Shown here in pieces: positions 12,416-22,348 of a stretch of DNA of 64,000 nucleotides (position 1 is the first letter of the stretch; each line of letters begins with the position of its first letter). The notes beneath the pieces were generated by a model, which searched no databases, was not told the origin of the DNA, and saw nothing but the letters and a program-made list of their open reading frames with translations. A program made the position numbers and the translations under genes. The stretch is from positions 186,001-250,000 of the forward strand of contig OZ025660.1 of NCBI GenBank assembly GCA_964019335.1, read 5' to 3'. This DNA is from Diplonema japonicum. Lineage: Eukaryota > Protista > Euglenozoa: Diplonemea.

Positions 12416-12829
12416 TCAGTCTGAAAGCGCTGCGTCCCTCAACATTTTGTTTCTTTTTTTCGACGAAAGTTTGAAACGGTACACGTGGATTAGGGCGCAC
12501 TCTTCACCTTCGGGGCATGTAATCTTGGATGTTCTGGAAAAGTTCGGGCACCTTTGGAGCCTCAATGTTTGGGTTTTCCATTGCCTTTGGCACAAGCGAC
12601 ACCTCAGAGTAACAGTGTCTCTCTTTGCCCTGAGGTTGTCCCAGCAATTGTGCTCGCAAGGCGGCCTCACAGTCTCCTCACTGCTGTCATCGCTCTTGGT
12701 CTCCTCACTGCTAGTGGTTAAATTGCCAAGAAGCTCATCCAACTCAGCCTCGGACATCGCATGCACACCATCATTGTCGCCTTCCTCACGCTCCAACGCG
12801 TACATTTCCCATGAAAGAATCTCACACAT
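12416..12829 (-). CDS. Small zinc-ribbon plus CCCH-type zinc-finger protein (137 aa), paralog B
   Basis: Starts MCEILSWE at ATG 12829. Motifs PPCEHNCWDNLRAK..LRCRLCQRQWK and C-x10-C-x5-C-x3-H. Confidence 0.85.
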   Translation of the reverse strand: MCEILSWEMYALEREEGDNDGVHAMSEAELDELLGNLTTSSEETKSDDSSEETVRPPCEHNCWDNLRAKRDTVTLRCRLCQRQWKTQTLRLQRCPNFSRTSKITCPEGEECALIHVYRFKLSSKKRNKMLRDAALSD

Positions 12830-12958
12830 TTTTTTTTTGGTTTTAAAAAAGAGTGTTTTATACAAAAACTGTGATTTCTTTTCTTTTCTTTGAAAAAAAA
12901 AAATATGAATAAAAGACACTTTCCCCCCCCCCCCCCTGATTTACTTTTTTTTTTCATT

Positions 12959-13902
12959 TTACCGTTTATTGTGCATTTCCGCCTCCTTTCGCATCCGTCG
13001 GCGCTGGATGAGCATTTCACGGTGAGCGGTCCGTTCCAACGCTTCCTGCTGCTTCAACCGAGCATTCCGCTCCAGCTCAAGCCAGTACATGCCCTTCTTG
13101 GCTTCCTTCGACTCACCCTGTTCACGTGTTTTTCCCCTCCAAAAAAAAAAATATTATATACCTTGGTAGATGCTTTGAACTCATAAGTAGAGTCAATATC
13201 CATCTGGCGCATTGTCTTCATCGCCTGCCTCAAGGACGTGCGCTCTTTAGGAGGAAGCGCGAAAGTAAAGCCCAGCTCTGGTTGCTCACCGTGCTCGTCC
13301 AAAAACTTTTTGACATCCTGCGGGATAATGTGCTGCGGCGGAGAACGTGCAAAAGCAACCCTCGCCTGGAACCACGACACCAAGTCTATAGGGTGCGTAA
13401 GCTGCACCCTTTGGTGGAAAGGCGGCACAACACGAAGCGCCTTACAGACTCTATCAAATATTCTCTCTCTGATATCAGGCCTGCTCCATGCTTGGTTATG
13501 GTACACCCATGAAGGGACCTTTGAGTACAATGGCTCTCCCGTGTCAGGATGGGGTGCTCTTACCTCCAGCCCGTCCCTCATGTTCTCTTCTAGTATCATG
13601 TCATGTAGTAAGTCGTAAACCAGCATCTCCACCTCGTCGTTTGTGAGGCTTGTCACCCACGCCCCGAAGCCGTCCTTCTTCCACTGTGGGGGCATGTTTC
13701 CCATTTTTTCGTAGCCGCCCCTCTCCCAGTACCACTCCGGGGCGATGATGTTCCAGTCGAGGGCGTCGCCGATACGATTCTGAAACCTTTGCTTCTGTAT
13801 ACCCGCCATTCCCGCCGTCCCTATGTAACCCTGCGCACCGCTGTCCACAGGGTACCCCGCCATGTGCATGGGGGCCGCTAAGAGCACTTTGCACCGCCTC
13901 AT
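12959..13902 (-). CDS. Probable mitochondrial protein, mitoribosomal mL50-like; 2 exons (intron 13118-13161)
   Basis: Presequence-like N-terminus MRRCKVLLA. RIFDRVCKALRVVPPFHQRVQLTHPIDLVSWF resembles the mL50 core (weak, from memory). Removing the 44-nt GTATAT..AACAG intron adds a 52-aa exon GESKEAKK..HNKR*. The gene is solid; the product is tentative. Confidence 0.6.
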
Positions 13903-14495
13903 TATTTTTTTCTTTTCTTTTTGTTTCCTTTCCCCACCTGGGAGAACAAAAAAAAACTTTTAATAATGTGAGCTCGAAGAGATGACAATAAAAAAAAAAA
14001 TAATAATATTCTTTTTTTTGTGGGGACGGGGGGGAGAGGGGTGGTTTTCTACCCCGTAGTCGATCGCATATAAGGGGGTGGAAAAAAATGTAGCCATTTT
14101 GGAAGGTGCCTGGAAAGGCTCGTGAGCTAGGCGTGTGTGCCTGTCCGAGGGCAAGGCCATGGATTGCTCACTCAAGTGGGCCGTTTGGTCGACGAAAGTG
14201 TCACTACGTGCGAGCAAACATGGTGCTGCAAAAAAATATAATTTTATTTTTGAAAAAAAAAAGTACGTTTCTTATCCCCCCCCCCCCTTTTCTTTGAAAA
14301 GAAAAAACAATAATTGTAGATGAAATCTGGGGTACTTTATAAAAGACATCGTGGAGGGGTGGAGGCAGGCTTTTGTTCGGTTTTTCTCTTTATCTTTTCT
14401 TTTTTCTCTCTTTTGGCACAAACAACAAACCGCCTCCTTTCTTCCCCCCCCCATTTTATTTTTTTACTCGTTTAAAAAAAAAAAAAAAAAAAGTC

Positions 14496-16178
14496 TCAGG
14501 TGGAGTTTCGGATCTCCGTGTCGAGGAATGTCTTGAACTTCTTCGACGCCCTGTTGGAGATCTCGGAAAACGGCAACCGAATTAGCTTCACCGGTTCATC
14601 TTGAGTATCATACATATATAACATAATATCGGCCCTGTGCACTTGGAAGACGTCTCTGGACAGCTTCCGGAACATATTCTCACACACGCCACAAGGGAAG
14701 AGAGGGTTGGGGTCTGGGTAGCCATCCTGCGCCAGACCACGGACAAAGACTTCACGGATACAACTTGTGGGCATCCCAGACGAGGCGATCTTCCCCAATC
14801 CATTCTGCTCGCTGCACCGCGACCCAGACGGCGTCGATAATTCATAATTAATACTATGAACTACTTCACGAGGGCAAGAACACCATTCGTAAGTAAATTT
14901 TCCCCCCATTGTGTCTTTAGGTGGGCTGCACGGACTTAATGACGGGGAAAGTTGAGGATAAGGCATAAACCTCGCGCTCGGCGGTTTCACAGGTGTCATT
15001 ATTTTCTTCCGAGAACCGACTTCACATCTACAGTCCTTCACATAGGTGATGGCGGAGATTACCATTTGCGATTTTGCGGACTTCCTCCACGACCCGTGGA
15101 GCGACTCGTGGAAACCTTTCATCCGGTCGACAACACACCGTACATAGGTAGGAACGGGTGTGTTGTTGTCCCGCAGGTCGATCACTTCGAAGGGTATGTT
15201 CTCGTCCTTGGGGTTTATCCGTTCCCGCATTAGTTGCAGGCAGCTCTTCAAAGCGGACGAAATGGGCATGGTGAGAAGCGTTCTGAATTTCAACCGAGCG
15301 AGGTCTTCCATGTTAACAATGCTCTGCGACTGTAGGTACGAAAGCTCCATTTGCGTTGCAGTGGTCGTTGCTTCAAATTTTTTCAACGCGCCTTGAACGG
15401 ATAGTTCCTGTGGAAGCAACCGGACCTGGGCTAGTAGATCGAATAGTGCCTTGTCCTTGTCAGCTTCGCCGTACACTTCTTCAAGATACCCGAATACCTC
15501 ATTAGAAAGCTTGTTTAAATCGCGGACCTTGTGCAGACCTTCCGACGAGAGACGAGCTGCAAAGTCGTTGTGTTGTGGAGTGGGTTCCTCCAGCTTGTGA
15601 AAGGCCTCCAGAATGGTATGCTCGCCTTTGATGTCTGGTGGGTACTCCTCATAGAACTTCGGTTGTAAAAAATCAGGGGAGACATGGATGTACGGGCATG
15701 CTTCCGCCCGTGTGCATGTCCGCAAGGTGTAGTCTTCGCAAAGGTATAGTTTAGTGTGATGGAATTGTTTTGTTTTTTTGAGGTAGCATCCTACCCTTAG
15801 GCCGAGTGTGTCGTTGGCTTCTCTTGGAGACGCTGCGAATACTGATTTCCCGTATCTGTCTAAGATTAAAAGGTTTTCGTCCGCTTCTGTGCTGTCGATG
15901 TTCTTCCTTGTTCCTACAGCGTGGCCCTTTAAGCATGAGAAACCGTTGATGCACTTGCCTTTATCGTCGAATTCTTCGCATAGAGGCAGGTACCTCCCTA
16001 GGTTTTGGGGTACAACCGCTTTTGTCTCCAGAACCTGGTCTTTGCTCAAAATGCAAAAATCTTTTCGCTCCGTTCTTCCGATCACCAGCCGTGATAAGCC
16101 CAGCCCTGTTACCCCGGTGTCGCCTTTTATGTAGCAATACGTTTCCCAGAAGGCATTTTTTGCTTCGATCTCCCCCAT
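14496..16178 (-). CDS. CCCH zinc-finger, SAM-like and cytidine-deaminase-like protein (560 aa)
   Basis: Two CCCH fingers (CEEFDDKGKCINGFSCLKGH, CEDYTLRTCTRAEACPYIH). Deaminase zinc motifs NYE..CSEQN..PCGVC. Two SAM-like helical segments in the middle. Confidence 0.85.
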   Translation of the reverse strand: MGEIEAKNAFWETYCYIKGDTGVTGLGLSRLVIGRTERKDFCILSKDQVLETKAVVPQNLGRYLPLCEEFDDKGKCINGFSCLKGHAVGTRKNIDSTEADENLLILDRYGKSVFAASPREANDTLGLRVGCYLKKTKQFHHTKLYLCEDYTLRTCTRAEACPYIHVSPDFLQPKFYEEYPPDIKGEHTILEAFHKLEEPTPQHNDFAARLSSEGLHKVRDLNKLSNEVFGYLEEVYGEADKDKALFDLLAQVRLLPQELSVQGALKKFEATTTATQMELSYLQSQSIVNMEDLARLKFRTLLTMPISSALKSCLQLMRERINPKDENIPFEVIDLRDNNTPVPTYVRCVVDRMKGFHESLHGSWRKSAKSQMVISAITYVKDCRCEVGSRKKIMTPVKPPSARFMPYPQLSPSLSPCSPPKDTMGGKFTYEWCSCPREVVHSINYELSTPSGSRCSEQNGLGKIASSGMPTSCIREVFVRGLAQDGYPDPNPLFPCGVCENMFRKLSRDVFQVHRADIMLYMYDTQDEPVKLIRLPFSEISNRASKKFKTFLDTEIRNST

Positions 16179-16187
16179 TGCTGGGGG

Positions 16188-16219
<32 letters not shown>

Positions 16220-16902
16220 TGAATGAAAAAAAAAAATAAAGAAAACGCAGAGAGGCAGAGAGAAAGAAAGAAAAAAAAAAGGTGGTGGGGTGGTGGTGTG
16301 GGAAAACAGGAATTTAGGGGAAGGTTTTTGGTTTTTTTTTTAAATTTTTCCCTTCACCACATCCCAGCAAAAAAGAGGGGGGGGGGAAAGAAAAGACAGG
16401 TGGGGAACGCTGTCGGGAGAGGGGGACGAAGAGAATAAAAGAAAACGGAATTCAAGGGGGGGGGGAATGGGGAACTCGAACTTGTTGGCTAGAATGATTT
16501 TTTTTAAAAACCATTCTGTATCCGCACATACTTTTAAACCTTTAGACACTGTTTTTTTTTTTAAAAGAAACTTTTTTTTTACGAGGACAGGGATAAAAAA
16601 AAACACAAAAAAAAGGACAGAATAATCATAGTAGAAAAATAAAAATTCAAAAAAAAAAGGCAGTTCTTTTTTCCTTTTTTCCTTTTTTTTCCCCCTCCTT
16701 TTTTTTTTAAAAACTCCCTACGCACGTGTGATACCGTAAAAGAAAAAAATCCTCGGCAAAAAAAAAAAAAAAAAAAAACCCCAAAAAAAAAATATAAAAA
16801 CGCAGTGGTGTGGGGGGAAGGGGAGGGGGGTAAAAAAAAAAGTGGGGGGAGTACAATACGTTAGGAGAAAAAAGGGGGGAAATCTTGGTTTTGTTTCGTT
16901 CT

Positions 16903-19900
16903 TCAAACGTCAACAGGTTCCTCCTCCTCCTCTTCAACAGCAACTGCCTCGACATCGTCCTCGGGCTGCTGGTCCTCTACCTCTTCAGCCTGGGGAACGG
17001 CCTCTTCAGTAACCTCTTCCTTGGGCTCTTCCTGCTCAGCTTCAGCGTTGGCGTGTTTCTGGGCAACTGAAGAAACCGACAGCATAGCATCAACAGGCTG
17101 GTTCTTGTCGCCATCCCTGAGGAAAGTAACAGGAACGCCAGCACCGACCTTGGCATGTGCCTTGAAGGCGGCATTGAAGCTGTCAACGTTGGTGACAACC
17201 TGTCCACCGAAGTTGATAAGGATGTCATCGTCACCAAAACCAGCTTGTGCGGCAGGGCCGTTCTTCACAACATTGGTGATGACAACTTCGTCCGGTCTGT
17301 CGACTTGGATCATCATCCCCAGCCAAGGCTTCTTCGCTGGGTCGGCAGGCTTCACCACCCTCAGCGTGCTGCTATTCTCCTCAGGTACTGATGCCTTCAC
17401 CACCTTCTTCTTCTTGATCACCCTCTTCTTCTTCTTGCCGGTGCTCTTCTTCTTCAGGCCGGATCTCTTCTTCAGGCCGCTCTTCTTCTTCAACCCAGAT
17501 TTCTTCGTGCCGGACCTCTTCTTGGTCACCCTCTTCTTCTTCAGTCCGCTCTTCTTCGTGCCGATCTTCTTCTTGGTGGACTTCTTCTTGGTGGACCTCT
17601 TCTTGGTGCTCACCTTCTTCTTTGACGATGTCTTGCGTGCGACCGTTCCGTCCGCCCTGGTCTTGGAGACGGACCTCTTCTTGGTGGACTTCTTCTTGGT
17701 GCTGGACTTCTTCTTGGTGCTGGACTTCTTCTTGGTGCTCACCTTCTTCTTCTCAGGGTCGGTCAGCTTCTTGGTGCTGGACTTTTTCTTGGTGCTAGTC
17801 TTCTTCTTGGTGCTGGACTTCTTCTTGCTCACGGTGCCATCGGTGGTTTTCTTCTTGGTGCTGGACTTCTTCGGCGATGCCGGGGTCGTCTTCTTCTTCT
17901 TGGTGCTGGACTTCTTCTGCAATGAGATGTGGTAACACATTGCGGAGGCATACCTTGCTGACCTTCTTAACAGTGCCGTCGTCGGCCTTCTTGGCGCTCT
18001 TCTTCTTGCTGGACTTCTTCTTGCTAGACTTCTTGCCCTTGCCCTTCTTGGAGCCCTTGCTGCCGGAACGGGAGCGCTGTGGGTGTGGTGTGATTCGCTG
18101 TGTGCTGCATACCTTGCCCCTGGGTTCGTCGATGAGGCTGCCCTTCTTCCTCAGTGCGTGCACTCTTGTGACGACGTCAAGCAGGAGGCCTGCGTTGGCG
18201 ACGATCTCGTGGTTGTGCTGCAACTTGGCGAGGGCAGCGGGGTTCACGGTCATCATGTCATAGGCGATGATCATGTCGCGGAGGCCTGCAACAGCGGACC
18301 TCAAGCTCTTCCTGCTCCACGACGAGATGCTGTCGACCTGCACCCACTCGCCGTCCACGCAGGCATCCTCCTTCGACAGCTCAACACCGATCTCCTTCGA
18401 GCGCTTCTGTGCCTCAGCAAGAGCGGTCTTCTTCACCTTCTTAATGCCGTCGTTGTACATCTTCGGAGGGCCCGTCTTCTTCCCCTCGTCGCGTGCCTCG
18501 GTCAGGTGCTCGAAGTCGAACTCACAATTGATAGACTTGCCCTTCAGGAGCAACATCACCTCCTTCACCTGCTCCACCATCGAGCCGTCCGCGTTCAGGT
18601 TCAGCGCTGCAGAGGTAATCTTCCTCTTGGTGTCGGACTTCAGCTTTGTGACCTCGTCGGTCTCGTTCTTCACTTCCTGTGTCTCGCCGACGATGTTGGC
18701 AAGCTCGTCCTCCAGCTTCGCCATCTCAGCGTCGAGCTCCTCGTCAGTGTACTCCCTGCCGTCATGGAGGAGCCTGTCCAGGTCCTCATTGTTTTCCTGC
18801 ACCTCCTTCAGCTTCTTGCTGAGCGCGTTCCAGCCGTTGCTGTCAACGTTGGATGCAAGCACGTCGTAGTACACCTTCAGTGTCCTGGCCTCGGTGTTCT
18901 TCTGCAGCAGACCACCGATGGTGTTCCTGTTCTTCCTGTCCTTCTTGTACTTGTGGAAGGTGAGGAATTTCCTCCAAGTCACCATCCTGAAGCCGTGCTC
19001 AGTGCGCATCAGCAGCGTGTCAGAGGCCAACCTCTTCTGCGCGTTGTCCTTCTCGCGAGCAGCGAAGTCGATGAGCTTCTTGAAGAAGGTGAGCATCTGT
19101 CCCTTCTCGCTGTTCATGAACATGACAGCAGCAGTCTTCGACCTGTTGTTCTTGTCCTGCGTGATCTGCTGCCACCTCAGCCACTTCAGGTAGTACACAG
19201 CCATCGTATTCTTGTTGGAACCCACGGCCAGGGACTGGCTGAGAGCAAGACGACGCTCGCGAACCTTCTGGTGCCTGAGGTGCTCAAGGAGGTTCCTCCA
19301 GTAAGCAGTCTGGAGACCCTTCTGGGTCTGCGCCAGAAGCAGCTTCGAGATGTTCATCTTGCGGCGAGCCTCCTTCTGCTCCTTTGCGAACTGGCCAAGA
19401 CGGTGGTACACAACACCCATGTGCCCCACCTGGGACTTCATGAGGAGTGTCTCACAGATCTGCCTGCACTTGTTCTCGACACGCCTCTTCATCATCCACT
19501 GCAGCACCCCGTTGTAGTAAGCAGCCTGCGTGCTGTTCAAAGACTTCCTGCCGAGAGCGACGGCAAGCTCCCTCTTGCGCCTGTCGTCGATCTCTTCGAG
19601 CTTCTTGAGGTCCTCCTTCAACCTCTCGATCGTCTTGAAGTTGTCAATCACCTGGAACCTCTTGTCCTCGACTGTGTCCTGGAGCTGCTTGTCACGGTCG
19701 GCGTACACGCTGTACTCGTTGTCCTCGTCGGCGTACCACACCTTCACGATGCCGTCCTCGTTAGCACTCCACACCTTCAGTGCCGACAGTCTGATGCAAG
19801 TGCCGAGGTACTTGACGTAGGTGCCGGTGTGGTCACGCATCCTGGTCAGGAGCTTCAAGCTGAAGGCATCGTACACGCTGATGATACCATCTGTGCCGCC

Positions 19901-20930
19901 AGCCCAGATCTTCTGCGATGAGGGGTCCTTCAGGAGGCAGGTCACGGGGCCTTCCCTGCGGTCCAAGAACTTCACCATGTCGCCGGTCTGCGTGTTCCAC
20001 ACGAGGATGGTACCGTCGCGCGAGGCAGAGAAGAGGTGAACCTCACGGATGACAAGGGCCGTCACACCGTCGGAGTGCTGCTTGGCAGGCCAGCCCTGGC
20101 CGATCTTCTCCATGCCCAGGTCAAGGTCCCAGCACCTGATGGTGGAGTCCTCGGAACCGGAGAAGAGGATGTCGCCACCGTCATGCGCAAGGCAGAGGAC
20201 GGAGCAGAGGTGCCCGGAGAGCTGCCTCACCGGCTCGAAGGTCTTGGAGGCCCACCTGTAGATCTGCCAATCGTCAGAACCGGTGTAGACGTCTGAGCCC
20301 ACAGAGATCATGCAGGTGATCCTTCCGGAGTGCTGCTTCCTCTCGAAGCACAGCTCGTAGGTCTTCTGGTCGAAGATGCGGAGGTAACCATCGCTGAGAC
20401 CCGCCCACATGTAAGGGCCGTGGGCAAGGAGGGCGGAAACGTGCACTTCCTTCTTCCTCTCAATGGTGAATGTGCTCTCGCCCTTAATGTTCCTAATGGA
20501 GAGGGTGCCCTCTTGGTCGGCCGTCCAGATGTTCACACCCTGCACGTCATCCGGCCCGCGGGTCGAAACCTCCATCGCACGGATGAAGGCCTCGAACTCC
20601 TTGGAAGGAGGCTGAGAACTCCAGTTGGTTTCATTTTCGTACGAAGCTGGACGTTGGTCCAACTTCAAGTGCGTTACCTCTGAAAGGTAATGCGCCATAG
20701 TGCCCTGTAGAGGGGTGTAATGATTATGTAAAAAAAAAAAAAGAAGAAATATAGTATAAACGAAAGACGGCCCATTTGGCACCAAAGATCCTGGTTCATA
20801 GATTGGCGAAACCACAGTGTTGTCCTATATTTTCCCCGTTTGCTCTTTCTTAAAGCACCGAAATATCCGAAGGTTTCTTCCTTTTTTTTTTTTTTACATA
20901 ACTTCTTGGATCTGACATTGCAACGGCCAT
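16903..20930 (-). CDS. WD40, coiled-coil, Lys/Ser-rich repeat and PDZ protein; introns 20825-20897, 20705-20761, 18077-18112, 17917-17953
   Basis: WD repeats (GH..V..L..SGSEDSTIRCWD). A 37-nt GTATGC..TTGCAG intron joins ORF 17795..20815 to ORF 16903..17940 in frame. KKSSTKK repeats. PDZ-like WLGMMI..VVITNVVKNGPAAQAGF..DDILINFGG. The 5' exons were modelled by eye. Confidence 0.85.
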
Positions 20931-22274
20931 ATTATCCCCACCATCCCCCTCCAACACCAAATGTATAAAAAAAAAAAACGAGGGAGAAAAAAAAAAGAAA
21001 AAAAGAAAAACGTCATCAAATCTGTTCTCTTTCTTTTTTATTGTGGTTATGTTTGGCTAGCAAGAACAAAGAGAGAGAGAAAAAAAAAAAAGGAAGGGGG
21101 AGGGGCGCAAGAGAAGAGAGGAAGGCACACACTGGCAAATACACGTCCTGAGACCCTTTTAGCAAACTCCCGTTCGTCCCCTCTTAGCGCCTGTCATTGT
21201 AGCAACCACTGAGCCCCAGGGTCCTAGAAAAGCGGTCGAGCCGCCTGATACAAAAGGGCATGAAACAATTTGCCCCAACTTTCTTTTTCTTTTTTCTCTT
21301 TTTTTTTTTTTCTTCAATCGGCACACACATATAAAAACAAGGAGGTGATTGTGAAGAAACTGAGCCTTTTTCTCGAATTTCCTTTCAAAAAAAAAAAATA
21401 AAAAAATAGGAAAACACCTGCCACAACACTATTCAGTGAACAAGCCCAAACAACATAATAACGGACACGTGAGTTTCCTGAAATTAGCTATTAAAGCTAT
21501 TTTTTTAAAAAAAATAAAAAAAAAGGGCGCAGATTTATGGGAAAAAAAAAACAAAAACAAAGAGGGTGAGGCGGGGGGGGGGGGGGGGGGGGGGGACTAT
21601 GGAGGGGGAAAAATGCTTCTATCGTATTTTTTTCTTTCCCTTTATTTTCTTCCAAAAAAAAGCGTCTTTTTCCAAGAAAGGAATAGGCGTACGGGGCTGA
21701 AACCATTTTATTGTTAACTCTCTCCTTTATTTTATTTTTATTTTTAATTTCTTTCTTTCTTCCTTCCTTGTACTAAGTCTAGCTGCTAAGATTCTTTGCA
21801 ACAAACTTGAGGGGGTGTCGCTTTTTCTTGTTTCCCAGTTCGACACCCCCCCCCCCCCCCCCCCCCTCCTCCTTCTTTAAAAAAAAGTTTTCACAGAAGT
21901 CGTAAATACGGGGAAAAAAAAAAACAAAAATTACTCACTATGCTCCCTGCTACCCACAGTGGGACCTAGCTGACTTTTATATCTTCACATCAATCCTTGC
22001 AGTATCGGTGATATTCTTCAGTCCGTACATTTGTTCAGCTTAGTTGCAGCCCCGATGCAAGCAGAGCCCCCAAAGAAGTGGCCACAGTCGTTCTTGCATG
22101 GTGTTGTGTTAAGTAATAGTGCGGGGGAGGGGGAAAAAAAAATTCAAATCTTTTTGAAAAACAATGAACGAAAGCCCACGCGCTCCCCTCTTGAGGTTTT
22201 AGACTCGAAAAAAATCTTGGTTGTCTAGACCCGAAAAAAAGGGGGAAAGGGGGGTAGGAGGGGTTTCTTTTGAC

Positions 22275-22322
<48 letters not shown>

Positions 22323-22348
22323 GGAGGGGAACAAAAAAAATTCGCGAG

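Noticed and set aside
13960-14230. 85-aa minus-strand ORF in a GC-richer island after a TTGCAG acceptor
   Set aside because: Could be an exon or small gene, but it has no convincing start, homology or consistent splice chain, so it is not called.
17021-20683. Long plus-strand ORFs (e.g. 18083-19921; likewise 43570-44844, 56268-57101, 61006-61851)
   Set aside because: Antisense shadows of codon-biased minus-strand genes.
21188-21250. Faint resemblance to the ingi/L1Tc 5' signature (HDV-like ribozyme), CCAGGGTCCTAG..CGCCTG
   Set aside because: The match is too short and I could not build the pseudoknot pairings.
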